From Okamejei kenojei (Eukaryota), in contig CM069157.1 of NCBI GenBank assembly GCA_035221665.1, positions 19,778,001-19,842,000 of the forward strand: a stretch of DNA of 64,000 nucleotides. The letters are read 5' to 3'. The notes beneath the pieces were generated by a model. That model had not been told where the DNA came from. It did no database searches and worked only from the letters and a program-made list of their open reading frames with translations. Each line of letters opens with the position of its first letter. Position 1 is the first letter of the stretch. Shown one piece after another: positions 38,213 through 51,050 of this stretch. The position numbers and the translations under genes are program-made.

Positions 38213-39559
38213 GACCGGATTTGCTCAAACTGCCTCACTGAGATCTCTCACACTTGTGGCCCGCCAGCCCACATATGTAACCGCGAAAGTAAATCACACT
38301 TTTACCGTGACCTGTAAATGAGCGAAAGCCGGGTTAATCGATGGGAATAAAGAAAAGCACACAAGAAATAGTCCAGAAAGCCTGAGGATAAACAAGCGCG
38401 CGCGCACACACACACAACCACACAATATTATTCACATATATTTCACTCAACAGAAAATGTTTCCCTTACGAAAACCGTACTGCGGTTGCATATTTTGATA
38501 AAGTGGGCATCTACAAACCTCCAATTCAAAACTTGAGAAGACATCAGCCTCTAGTTTAAAATAAAACTTCAACTGAGTTTTAAGGCGAGAGAAACTATTA
38601 TTTCCTAATAAGTGTCAATCAAATTCCAGCCCGTGAAGTGTGCAAACTTACCATCTTTCCCAAGCGCTCAGTTTCGTAATGAGAGTCCACTGTGTGAAGA
38701 AAACTTGCAAAGCAATGAAACGCACTAAATAAGAGGGATAGATGCATCCACGGTGAGATTTGCGGGACTAATGGGAATTAAGGGCGATGTAAAACGTGTA
38801 TGTGGGTCTAGAGTTATGGTGCCTTGCAAAGTACGATCTAACATTAAAATGCCCTAAATTAACATTAAAGAACGTGCTTGTGTTTATAAGAGACTTCCCC
38901 TGCAGCGGGGAGACCTGCGCTGAATGCTATTCTGCAATTCATAGAATTGGTAATTTGCTGTGGAGCGAAAAAAAGAGACGTGAAGAGAAACATAATCAAC
39001 CAGGACTGTAAAGCCGAAAGTGGATTTCCCTGAGGGTGGAGTGAAATGAGTATTAACCATAAAAATAAACAAATTAGAAACTTCTCTTTCAGTTATCCAA
39101 ATGGATTGTTCCAACAATAAACCAGATATAATGATCTCGATTCTGATCTTTATAAACGTGGATGAATTGAAACAAATAAGTCATATTTGTCACAATCCCG
39201 CTTTGTTGGTGTGATAATGATGCACAACAACTGCCTTTTTGCACAGAACTCGTTTATTTTGCAGCTCGGTTTCCCTGAAAATAAAAGATCGTTCGTTTTT
39301 TTTTACTTCTCCAAAGCAGCCACGGTAACCGGCTGTGATCACAAAAACAAAACGGAAACAAACAATGTTATAGGTGGGTGTGAAACAGCCCGCAGTCGCG
39401 CTTCTTCTACTGAGAACACTTGCCGGCGGACGTTAAAACACACGCGGGTTATCTTCACTCAGATCATTGGTATTATCTATGAGCAGACCCCAGCCATTTC
39501 CGCACTCTTTTATTGTGACTTTTTTTTTGTTAAATGGGGATTGCTGTGAGATGAGTTTC

Positions 39560-39931
39560 CCCACGTGGTAAGGAATTGCACGGTGGCCAATCCCACGCCG
39601 ACAGACGGGATCCGAAGCCCCGAGTGCTCGTTGACTGGCCAGTCGGCTGCTTCACGTTGGGCCAACGCGCTGTCAGTCAGCGGCAAGTGTCCAATGCGCG
39701 GCCGCCTGCGCCTCCAGCCAAAGACACCGAGCTCTCCGCTGGCGAGAAGGGGCAAGTCGCCGATCAGCGACGAATCAAGAGGCGAGGCCTGGCTGTCAGT
39801 CAGAAGCAGTGGGCCAATTGAGCAGGCGGGCGTGTTGTACGATCCTTGCCTCCCCCTCCCGCTGCTGGGGACTTGGCTCCGCTAAAGCTCTGCAAAGTAG
39901 CTGCAACCTGATCAGTTTGGAAGTGCGAGTC
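39560..39931 (+). promoter_or_regulatory. CpG-rich POU3F1 promoter/5' UTR with three CCAAT boxes and two CTGTCAGTCA motifs
   Basis: CCAAT at 39587, 39691 and 39814; CTGTCAGTCA at 39670 and 39793; CpG density high relative to the flanks. The TSS cannot be determined from sequence. Confidence 0.7.
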
Positions 39932-41065
39932 ATGGCCACCACAGCTTCGGCTCATTACATTCCGAGGAATAACTCGCTCCACTCTAACTCTTTGGTGCAT
40001 CCGGACTCTGACAGGATGCATCCAGGAACTACCTATAGAGAAGTTCAGAAAATGGTACAAAATGACTACTTGCACGGGCTGGCCAGCAATGGGCACCCCA
40101 TCACGCACAGCCACCAGTGGCTGTCTTCTGTCACTGACGGGGCGCCTTGGGTCACCACTTCTCACCTCGGACAGCCAGACCCAGTAAAGGCCACCGTGCA
40201 GACAGCCAGGGATGACCTTGGAAACAGCATCCATCACCGGACACATCATATGGTCCATCAACAGACTCATGGCAACCACCCTGGCGGCGGCTGGGGCACG
40301 GCGGCGGCTCATCACATCCCGGGGATGCCACCGTCCACTAACGGCCACCAGCCGCTCATCTACTCGCAGCCGGGGTTCACCAGCCTCAACAGCATGCTGA
40401 GCCCACAAAGCCAGTCTCTCCACCATGGGATGACGGATGCACTCCACGAGGACCCAGGTGGCCATGACAACCACCAGCAGCATCCTCCGCAACATCACCA
40501 GGACCACTCGGATGAAGATGCGCCCACGTCAGACGACTTGGAGCACTTTGCAAAGCAGTTCAAACAAAGGAGGATCAAGCTCGGCTTCACCCAGGCGGAC
40601 GTGGGCCTGGCCCTGGGCACACTGTACGGCAACGTCTTCTCCCAGACCACCATCTGCAGGTTTGAAGCCTTGCAACTCAGCTTCAAGAACATGTGCAAAC
40701 TGAAGCCCCTGTTGAACAAATGGCTGGAGGAGACTGACTCCACCTCGGGGAGTCCCACCAGCATAGACAAGATCGCTGCCCAAGGGAGGAAGAGGAAGAA
40801 GCGGACGTCCATTGAGATTGGAGTGAAGGGGGCATTGGAGAATCACTTCTTAAAGTGCCCCAAGCCATCGGCTCATGAGATCACCAGCTTGGCTGACAGT
40901 CTGCAGTTAGAGAAAGAAGTGGTCAGAGTTTGGTTTTGTAACAGAAGACAAAAAGAAAAGCGGATGACCCCAGCCGGGATCCCCGGGCACCCAGGGATGG
41001 AGGATGTATATTCACAAAGGGACACTCCGCCGCTTCATCACACACTGCAGTCCCCTGTTCAATGA
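39932..41065 (+). CDS. POU3F1: POU domain class 3 transcription factor 1 (Oct-6/SCIP/Tst-1), intronless, 377 aa
   Basis: ATG in GTCATGG context; complete POU-specific domain and homeodomain ([11 protein letters not shown]). Paralog-diagnostic features: N-terminus [50 protein letters not shown], and C-terminus [15 protein letters not shown]. Confidence 0.93.
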   Translation: MATTASAHYIPRNNSLHSNSLVHPDSDRMHPGTTYREVQKMVQNDYLHGLASNGHPITHSHQWLSSVTDGAPWVTTSHLGQPDPVKATVQTARDDLGNSIHHRTHHMVHQQTHGNHPGGGWGTAAAHHIPGMPPSTNGHQPLIYSQPGFTSLNSMLSPQSQSLHHGMTDALHEDPGGHDNHQQHPPQHHQDHSDEDAPTSDDLEHFAKQFKQRRIKLGFTQADVGLALGTLYGNVFSQTTICRFEALQLSFKNMCKLKPLLNKWLEETDSTSGSPTSIDKIAAQGRKRKKRTSIEIGVKGALENHFLKCPKPSAHEITSLADSLQLEKEVVRVWFCNRRQKEKRMTPAGIPGHPGMEDVYSQRDTPPLHHTLQSPVQ

Positions 41066-44000
41066 CTGTTCCAAACACACACCCACTTCCCACCAAGAAA
41101 AAAAGACTAAAAAAAAATTAAACTGGATTTTACAAAGCAAAAAAAAAAACTGTCTGAAAAAGGGATCTAGCCAGTGTTGCAGAGACTGTTTATTTAGCAC
41201 TGGACTGTACTCATGCTTAGGAAAGAGGGAAAACATACATTTCATGCATTTCTTGTGGTAAATCAAGTGGTTATTTTTTTCCCCCTGCTGTAGAACAAAG
41301 CTTCCCCCCTCCCTGTAAATTAATTGACACGGATAATTTGCAAAAGTTGTAACAGAAAATAATCGTTTTCTCTGCTGAATTGTTTCAGGGGATTCCTTAA
41401 AGCAGCGGTTTCTCTTAAAGGGTAAGCAAGAGCTGAGTTTAAACAAAAAGTAAAGACAACCATCGAATTGTCCGCATACAGTCGCAGGTTTGTTAAATGT
41501 GGCGGACCGCCGGTGGGGGAAAAGCGTATATTTATTATCTTGAACTGATCTGTCACGAATTTTATTAAAACAAATATTTATATATAGTTCGCCCTCAGAG
41601 GATGTGTCTTGTAAGTAAGTAATGGACGCCGGAAGATCAATTGTTTTGACTTTTATTTCTGTGATTTTAAATAAATATTCAAATCGATTCATTGAGAACA
41701 TGGTCTGGCATCCCAGATAAATCTATGTCTTACAAACACCAGTTCTTGTTGAAAACAAACCCTGATTTTGACTGTGCACTTACTTGCGAAATTTGCCCAT
41801 GAAATGTTGAAGTCATTCTATCAGATAAATTGTTGAAAACTGAAAGGGAGTACTGACTGTGGACTGAAGTTTTTGAATCAGTGCAAGCGTTCACTGCCGA
41901 TCCTGTTTAAAAAAATAATAATATCAGGCGAGTTAAGACAAGTTTAAGAAATCAAAGAAACTGACGTCAGTTAACAACTTTGTGAAAAGGTGTCTTTAAA
42001 TGTTGGGACGAGGCCGAAACACGTGAATGAAAATAATTGGAGAGTTGAAATGGTCCATTGCTGATCACCCGTTTAAGTTTACCATGTGGAAAAACGAAAC
42101 AAGTTAAAATGAGAAGTAGTAGGAAACCTTTTGCGTCGAGATGCACTTAAATGACTAAACTGGTATCGCGTTGTACATTCATTTCGTTTGCTGGTTTCTT
42201 TTTACAGCAACAATATATCTTTGATTGTTCTGTAAATGCAAATACGTCAAACATGGCAAACAAGTAAATGTGCCGATGTGCAGGCCACAGTTTACCTCCC
42301 CGCTCTTAAATCTGACCGGGCGCGAATAATTCTCGGGTCTCCGACCACCACCCCCCTCCCAAAAAAAGAACTCAGGAATTAAAGAACAGATTAACAAACA
42401 AAACGCCTCATTCCCCGAGACGCGTTTCCTTTCTCATTTCAGACATTTGAGCAGGAAAAAACATAACCGTGCATTTCTGAGAAATTGCCACTATTCCAAG
42501 TTGCAGCGTTGCTATTTGATGTAAAGAAGAAATAATTTGGGGTTCCCCTACCACACAATACTGTTTTATTTCTATCTGGATTTTTTTCAAGCTAATTGAC
42601 ATTGTTCTTTTTTTCATCAGGACCTAAGATACTGACCTTGTAAATTTCCTCTGAAAATAATTCACCTAGACAATTGCCAAAATAAAGTGTACATTATACG
42701 TGTTAGAATGTTTACAGATCATCTAAAGAAAGGTGAAGAAGTTAAACCTCGGTGAGTTAAACATTACTTAGGACATAAAGCAGTGGGAAAAGTGGCTTGT
42801 TTAGTAATTGGAAAAATAATAATCGTCTGCTTTTTTTACTGGACCACTATGTAATATGTAAATATGTTGACTATGTTACATATGTATTTGTTTTTTGGAA
42901 TTTAATGATTTTGGATGATTTTTTTTGTATGCTTACTAATTTCCAGAGGATATTTTAATATAATTTCCATATGAATTTCCCCCTTGTATTTATTTCATAA
43001 ACGCGTATTTGAAACTTTCCTTTTCCTGTAGCTCTCATTGGGGTTATGTTACAGCAATTCAAACAATGTTTGTTTTAGTACATTTTTTGTTGTATCTTAT
43101 CAAAGACAGGCTGCAGAGCCATATTAATATTTTGTTATAGTAATATTTTATTACTTGCATATAATGTATACGCAGGACCCAACTGTGCTCTGCCTCTTCT
43201 CCTGGAGGTTGGGGGGTGGGGGGGTGGGGGGGTGTGTTGACACCATGCTGGGTTTTGCTTGTTAATCCTTTCTGCTGTTGCCTGGATTGAATGTCACTTA
43301 AGCAAAAAAGGAGTGACAAGAAATCATTAAAAGTGATGTAAGGTCAAACTAAATTTCTCGAATTTTAATAGTTGCCTGGTTTGTCAATTTTATTTCTTTA
43401 TTTTGTGCATTCTTAAGCATATTAGAGCATCCCTCTCTCCATTCCATTTTGCTCATATTCGTCAAAATTCAGAGGGAAAATTATTTTTCCTGGAAAAGGA
43501 AAAAGTTTTTATTAATGACTGGATACAAACGCAAAGGCACATGTTTATCTCTGATTTCAGGATACTATGGGCCAGTTATGATACTGTTTTAGGTGGCAAG
43601 GTAAAATTGTCCCTTAGAGCCTTTTCATTTAAATAATTGTGCACCCTTTATATTTGCTTTGCTCTAACCTTATGGGTGTATGTAGTTAGTATTTAGTATT
43701 TGTTATAATACCTGTTTTGCAGCATTGGCTGTGATTGTGTAACAATTTGAAGATCTGAACTTGAGTGGTGTGGCTATGTACGATTTAGCAACAAATCGCT
43801 GTCACATAGATCCTTCTGTTGTCTCAGACCATATGTGGCCATATCTATACTATAACTCAGTTACAATATTTGTTTGTGTTTTCATTACCAAATTTGCGAT
43901 TAGGTTGGAATTACAATTTTAATCTAGTATTCTCTGTTTCCGAAGCTCTGGAGTTGGGCAACCATCTCAACAGACCCCATGATTCTTATTTTGTGCCCAC

Positions 44001-47000
44001 TAACCAATTTGGAACCCCACATATTTTTTGCTCCATACCGTCAGTGAAGTTTTTCACCTGGCCAAGATCAGTAGTAGCTGATTGCCTGCGGGGAAACTTG
44101 ATTCCAAATGTTAGCAAGAGCTGAGATTCAAAACCATTGCTTTCCATCCAAGTTGAGACAGTCTAGTCCAGATGCTTTTGAGAAGTGGGCTTTTGCCAGT
44201 TTCTGATTCAAATTTGCCTGAACCCTGGTTAAGGCTGCTCAACGAATACTAATGAGTTTGCAACTGAAAGAAATCATCCCTTTTCTATTTGCCGATATAT
44301 CACTATCATAACAGCGAGCAGTTTACCATCACAGCCCTAGTTCTATTGTAACATGAAAAGAATACTAGTTAACTTCATTTGAATGGTAAGCCAGATTCAT
44401 AAAATAATTCAAAATCAGCATACCAAGAATCTTATCCTCACAGTCTTTTGGCAATGCACACCTAACATAAAAGGGGCCCCTGTTGGACAGCTTAACTCCC
44501 TACTTGAGTTGTTTAAAGAAAATAGGGTTGGCAGAGGAACCAGTAAGAAATGACAAGGGAGAAACAACTCTATGAAGGGCAATTAGTTTTTACTTCATTT
44601 AGATTTCATACCAGATTTTTAAAGAGAACTTTACAATGACAGGCTTGTTTTGTGTATTTTCTACAGTAGGGCATCATGTTTAATGCTTGATATTATAAAA
44701 ATAGAACAAGACTAATTTAGGGACCAATAGATTTGGAATGACAACTTAATGTTAAGGTTAATTGTTGAAATTATGGCTCTGAATTAAAATCAGTAATTGA
44801 AATAGCTAATTGCCTTCAATACCTTTAAACTATTCCAAGTTCTGATGTTTTAGTAGGAATCACTTATTGGCAGAGTTAGAGACAGGCTGCTGTAGATGGT
44901 GTGTTTATTATTAATCTAAGATCGGGTTTAACACCAGTGCGGTTAGATCTTATTTGACCTTTAGTAATTGTCTTTCCTCAATGTACATGCATTGTTCTTA
45001 TCACTCTGTTTTAATGAAATGGATAAAAATCCAGAATCTGGCTCCCCAAAACATTGTTAAATCTACACAAATTTAATTTAATATCAATTAAATTTAACTT
45101 ATTTGTCACTATAAATATGTGATGGTGTGAACCTTATCTGAGAATAGATTATGGTTAGCAATAACAAAGGGCTCTAATCAATTAAAAACTGCTGGAAAAT
45201 CCCCAACAAATAGTTCAACACTGCCCCAGGCAATCTTATTGTTATGTCAGAAACAGAACCCCTTTTGTACAGCAAGGGAATAACAGACATTGAAGCATAT
45301 TCTAAAATATTTTTATTAATGAGTAGATATATTACCAAAATTTAGTAGAAATATCGACTTATGGATTTTGATTATCTCAGTTTTGTGCAAATTAGATAAC
45401 TCTTTTTTTTAACTATTGCATAACATTCAAAGAAGTAAATTCACACAAGTCTTCAATTAAGACTATTACACCATCTGAAGAGAACCCCCCAGCCCATTCA
45501 ATCATTGTTGAATTAAATTTAAATATAGATCAACTGAAACTTTAAATATGACACCAATTTACGTTCAAACGGGTTGCCTCGTCAGCAGCTTATGCTGTTC
45601 AGTAGGAAATAGTGAGTAAGATCAGATGAAAAAAGTTGTTGCCTTGCCAAGTTTTAGACTAAGTTATAAACTAACTATGTAACTAACATTTTAATGCTTT
45701 GAATCTGAATTCAAAATACATCATATGGTACATCTTAGGCCAATATACCCGGAACTTAGATTGTTGCAGTTCTCTTAGTCCTATATAGCTAACATTCAGA
45801 TTCAAAATTGAAAGAGAAGAACTGCAAGCCAAAGTTTCTTAACCCATTGCATTAACAAAATAATAAGGCAAGGTTCAGAACAATAAAATTATTTGTCATC
45901 CACCTTCAATTACTCAAAATAAATAAATTAAAAATGAAATATATACCACGATACATACATCATGTTTATGTATTTTTCCTACCTGTACAGGCAAATTCCA
46001 TTATAAAAAAGCATTCTAAACTATTTTGTTTTAAATAACTCAGATGCCAGGAAAAAGGAAATAGTTTGCTCTTCCAAAATAGTCTATTTTACACTTATTT
46101 TATTCTGTAATGCAGATCACCTATTATAGAGCATCAATGTAGGCAGATTGTTTAAGAATTCTACACATCATATGCTACCAAACAGATGCAAAGTCTTAAT
46201 TGGTATATGAAATTGCCTCAATAGTAGAATATGACATTTTGATCTAATGGACTAGTCTTTTGTATTATATAGAATTTTCCTCAAAGAATACATGACGCTG
46301 AATTACTAGAATTTATTGCCGTCCTGTTTTTTGCTGAGTTTCAAGACATGACGAGATTAAATACTACATAACTGGCATTTTATTTGGAATAGATTTGAAT
46401 AAAATCTTCACCAAGATGAGGTACCAGTTGGTACCGTAACTGTGCATTTGATGTGATCACAGAAACATAAAATTCAAGGTCTTCTGGGTGGTATATGGTT
46501 TGGATGTTATCTGAAGAACTCGTTTGCATGAAAAATAGGAGCAGAAAGCTCTATTTCTGATATGTGAGCGGGATTTAAAACTATTTCATAATAAGACAAA
46601 TGTAAGGACTAATTTCTTTTAACTTGCGGAGCCCTCATCCAGCCAGTGTGGTGACAAATAACATGGAAGCTTGCATGAAAGGGAGAATGTGCTGATTCCT
46701 GATTGAATAGTAAACTGAGTGATACAGGCTTAGTAACAAGGCAGGAGGGGAATGAAAATGTTTGAATATTAATGTTACACCAGTAAGCAGAAAGCTTGCT
46801 TTGCTTGTCCACCGGGAGCTTGATTGCATTGTGCAACTAAAGAGCAAGGGGGCTCAGATGTCTATCTCCTTTCTTCCCCATTAAACTAGGATATATCAGA
46901 CACACACACACACACATTGTAGGACCGCATTTGCCCCTATCCTCAGTGCCCCCATCTTACTCCTTCTGTACATGTACACGCATACATAAGATTTATGACC

Positions 47001-48582
47001 AGCACAGTAGTTTACAAATGCCACAAAGTAGTAAAGGAGTCAGTTTAAATTAAAAGATATTGCCTTGATGTTGCCATTGTGGGTCCGGTCAAAATGGTGG
47101 AGAAAAATGTTAACGAAACACTCATCATACACAATGCAAGGAGCAATATACCCTCCAAGGCACAGACAGCGGGAAAACACATTAAGAAACAGCAGAACTG
47201 AGATCACAGATGTGCAAAGGGATATTTTGTGTGTGTGTCAATGTTGTACTCAAAGGGGCGCATCTAAACTGAGCACAGGGATAAATTCAGATATCTTTCA
47301 ATTAATCTGAAGAGGCTCAGTTGGGATCAATCTGGATATACCACTCATCCTTAATTACAAGTCTTACCCCGCCACATTCTGCATGACTTTACAGTGATAT
47401 TCAGAATTTCTTAAACGACAATTTGCACACAAATAAAATAACGATTGAATGAGGCTGCACAGCGTTGCCAGACAAAATTAATCTTTTTGGTCATTTTTTT
47501 TTTCAGTTTACTGAGAATGAAATCTATGCACAGCTAGGCGAGGCTATATGCATTATTAACCATTGCAGGTAAAATTGGGATTGTTGTCGAGTGTTTTGGA
47601 GGAAATCTCCAAAGATGAGAATGGACTTTATTGGTAATCTCAGCAAATAAATAAATAATCACCAGTCACACCTTCTGTAAGTACATTATGATATTCATCT
47701 ATAAATAAAGCAATAGGGAATTAGCAATGTCCTAGTCTAGTCATTATGAATAAATCATGGAGTTGCCGAGATAAACATTGCACATACCTGCAAAAGCCAC
47801 ATTAATATATAATAAAATAGTAAAAGCAGCATATATTATATGAATAATTTATCTAAAGTGTACTATGAAATTAGAAAAACAAGATCGAGGCATGAACATA
47901 ATATGTGGTGAAATATTCAAGGTCACAGAGGCACAAGAGAAATAATATCAGTTAATCCCAGATCCTTAAATATCCAATAATATTAGACGATTATTCAAAA
48001 GTATAGAACCAAATGTAAATATAGACACGTCCTCGTCGTTCCAGTTAATAGAATAAGAAAATAGGTTTACGGTATCGAATTAATACAACGTATTACAATT
48101 TTATTGTGCAAATTCAAACAAAAATCAGGTGTTTGATTGAAGTGTTGTTTGGAGGATTATCATTCGCCCATTATGCTAAATATTATATGGGCCGCCCATC
48201 CCTCTTTATCTTTGCTGACCGGCAAAACGGCACTAATTTGACAAAGTCCAACAGAGAGATTATTAATTTATTAAAACGATGACTCTTACGTTTTACATGA
48301 TCTGAAAGGCGTTTCTGAAGGGGGATGCGTGTGGTAAAGCTTGGCGGGTTATATCATTTAACCTGTTATACACCGAACTTTCAGCGAATTACTCTCGGTT
48401 CTTCATTAGGACAATCACATTCTAGTGACCAATCTTCAAATGTGTTCCAAAGGCGGGAGATGTTTCAAAATCAGCCGAAAGATGATTTAGACCAGGAACA
48501 TCCTGGGTTAGGATCCGAAATACCGCCCCACTGGACAAAGATCAGGATAAAGTAAGTCTGGGCCAAGACCGATGTCAACAAT

Positions 48583-48760
48583 TGTAGGAAGGAACTGCAG
48601 ATGCTGGTTTACACTGAAGATAGGCACATCATGCTGGAGTAACCCAGCACCTCTGGAGAAAACGAATAGGTGACGTTTCGGGTCGAGACCCTTCAGACTG
48701 AGAGTCAGGGGAGCGGGAAACTAGAGGTACGAAACGCTACAAAGAACAAATGATAACGGT
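48583..48760 (-). mobile_element. Penelope pLTR mini-element
   Basis: AGGAAGGAACTGCAGATGCTGG...GGTGACGTTTCGGGTCGAGACC. Confidence 0.8.
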
Positions 48761-49369
48761 TGTTGTCGGTTTCCACTGTAGAAATGATTGCAGAGAAAGG
48801 ATGGGAGAGGATGGGTGTCAGATTATTGAAGTTATCACCAAAGGAACCCATTGCTTGCCCGCACTGACCGTGTATAATTTGATTGTCTCACCTCGCTGGT
48901 TCTTGCGGGAAGGTAGTTCGTAATAAAATATTTTAATCCGGACATTCAACTCAATGGGAATATTGCGGCCGTCACTCACTAGCTTTGAATTGAAGGTGTT
49001 TAAAATGATTTCAGATTCCCAGCCTATATGATGCCTTAAAAAGATGTGCCAGAGTTTGAAAATAGTAATTAGCGTAGGTGTGGAAATGCTGGGTTGTGTT
49101 ACAAAGAGTCGTGTACTCAGGGGCCGGGTTTCTCCTTGCTGTAGAGGCGCACCGGGATACACTTTCCCCATTAGACTAGGGTTAACCCGCATTATCTTAC
49201 GACCGCTCCTTTGACGGTTTCCAATTTAATAATATTTCAGAGCATTTCATGTTCGCAAAGTCAGGACGGAGTTGGCTGCAGTGGTTGGTATTATGTGAAT
49301 CTATTTTCGCACACAGAACGAGTGCACAGGAATCCGGGGTGGAAATGGACAGGACACCTTCTTCTAGTC

Positions 49370-49546
49370 ATAGATAGGCACTAAATGCTGGAGTAACTCA
49401 GCGGGACAGGCAGCATCTCAGGAGAGAAACGTCACCCATTCATTCCTTCTTTCCAGAGATGCTTCCTTCCTGTCCCCGCTGAGTTACTCCAGCATTTTTG
49501 TGTCTATCTTCGGTTTGAACCAGCATCTGCAGTTCCTTCCCATGAA
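49370..49546 (+). mobile_element. Penelope pLTR mini-element with an inverted 5' segment
   Basis: 10-bp TSD TCTTCTAGTC (49360-49369 / 49547-49556). 49371-49427 is inverted relative to 49445-49507. Confidence 0.82.
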
Positions 49547-49799
49547 TCTTCTAGTCTTGGTTGTGGACGCCTCTCTCTCCCTCTTGACAAGTTGCAACCA
49601 CTACACAAATGACACACCTCTGTGAAGTCGAGTACGCTTTACACCAAGGCATGTACTCGACCGACAGCGCGAAAACAGCACGTAGACTTGGAAAACCGAA
49701 ATGCTATAAGTATTGCCAGGTAACATTTTAAAAGCACCGATATGAACATGTTATATTTTGGGCTCCATTCACATCACACACATCACCCTAAAGTATTGG

Positions 49800-49970
49800 A
49801 TCACACCCATCCCTTCTGTTCCAGAGATGCTGCCTGAATGAGTCAAACCAGCATGAGTCTGAAGAAGAGTCTAGACCCGAAACATCGCCCGTTCCTTCTC
49901 TCCAGAGATGCTGCCTGTCCCGCTGAGTTACTCCAGCATGTTTGTGGCTTCATCCTCAGTTCCTTCCTGC
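49800..49970 (+). mobile_element. Partial tandem Penelope pLTR fragments
   Basis: Two successive CCAGAGATGCTGCCTG units, with CTGAAGAAGAGTCTAGACCCGAAACATC between them. Confidence 0.72.
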
Positions 49971-50561
49971 ACAGCCCCTAAAGCATATCCTCCCTGCACG
50001 GTATCTGAAAGTGTACAGTGTACACTGGTGTCCTCGGGTCAGTTCGCCCAGTGATAGCGTCTGGTAGGTTATCAAACAGCCACAGGATGAAAAGCAACGA
50101 CTTTCGCTCACTCTCTCAGTGTTTCTCACACACGCCAGTTGCCAGTGGACAATACAGCCGAACATTTGCGAGAATTACATTCGTGACCAAACATATGTTT
50201 GACGTGATTGCAAATTATTGTAAATAATTAACGCCCAGTGCTGGTGAGCATCGCGCCCAGAATTACTTTAGTTGCTGGTGGACTGTCACGGACCAGAGCA
50301 AACCCCTCCAGTGCCTGAGTTATCTGGGGTCAGAACTCAGGGATGCTCGGCTCTGCTTCTAAATACTTCTGGGGGGGAAAAAAACAAAGCAAATTAATAA
50401 ATACAATACTTTCTGCCCTCTACCGGCGATTGTCTTGAATTATTATAACATAACTGGCTCCCTTTGAGATCTAAACCAATTGGTGTATTTGATTATTATT
50501 TACACTCATAACGCAGTGGGAATTATTGAGGAATATAACCACGCTGTAATCAATGATAGAG

Positions 50562-50684
50562 AACCCTAACCCTAACCCTAACCCGAAACGTCACCTATTC
50601 CTTCTCTCCAGGGATGCTGCCTGTCCCGCTGAGTTGCTCTAGCATTTTGTGTCTATCTTCGGCATCTGCAGTTCCTTCCTCCAC
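50562..50684 (+). mobile_element. Truncated Penelope pLTR capped by (AACCCT)n telomeric repeats
   Basis: AACCCTAACCCTAACCCTAACCC (50562-50584) joins CGAAACGTCACC through a shared ACCC. Confidence 0.8.
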
Positions 50685-50935
50685 TGCTGTAAGCAATGCC
50701 GGGCTGGGTCCTACGCGGATGCAGCCTTTCCCCTGTTTTTTTTGTTGTTTGTTTACCTGGCCGCAGTTACTCCATGCCCGCACATCTCAGTGGCAATCCC
50801 GATAAAGAGAAATACAAATTAAATTGGACAGTTATTTTGGATTTCATACCCAGTGAAAGAGGTAAACCCAGTAAGCAGAAGGTTGAGTGTTAGGAATTAT
50901 GTGGGACCAATTCAGTCTGTGCAAAGTGGAGCTGA

Positions 50936-51050
50936 AGTCAGACTGAAGAAGGCTTTTGACCTGAAACATCACCTATTCCTTCTCTCCAGAGATGCTGTCT
51001 GACCCGCTGAGTTACACCAGTATTTTGTGTCTACGTTCAGTCTGTTCCAA
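50936..51050 (+). mobile_element. Penelope pLTR fragment (a further degenerate minus-strand copy lies at ~51320-51418)
   Basis: CTGAAGAAGGCTTTTGACCTGAAACATCACC...GCTGAGTTAC. Confidence 0.75.

Noticed and set aside
13200-39500. Many 60-130 aa ORFs in the track
   Set aside because: No domains or exon support. They arise from TE remnants or random frames.
39809-39931. 41-codon in-frame extension upstream of the POU3F1 ATG (GTG start in the ORF track; in-frame CTG at 39908)
   Set aside because: It overlaps the CCAAT-containing promoter, and homologues begin at MATTA. Non-AUG use cannot be supported without ribosome profiling.
39800-40868. Antisense ORFs over POU3F1 (up to 235 aa)
   Set aside because: Shadow frames of a GC-rich CDS, with no recognisable domain.
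39932-41065. Assignment as POU3F4 or POU3F2/3
   Set aside because: The N-terminus, EETDS, GVKGALE, AHEIT and the C-terminus fit POU3F1 better.
41012-41701. 229-aa minus-strand ORF over the 3' UTR
   Set aside because: Long for AT-rich DNA, but it runs through homopolymer tracts and has no recognisable motif. Treated as chance.
49625-49660. 9-bp inverted repeat GTCGAGTAC / GTACTCGAC
   Set aside because: Single and short, with no TSD or ribozyme core. Compatible with chance.
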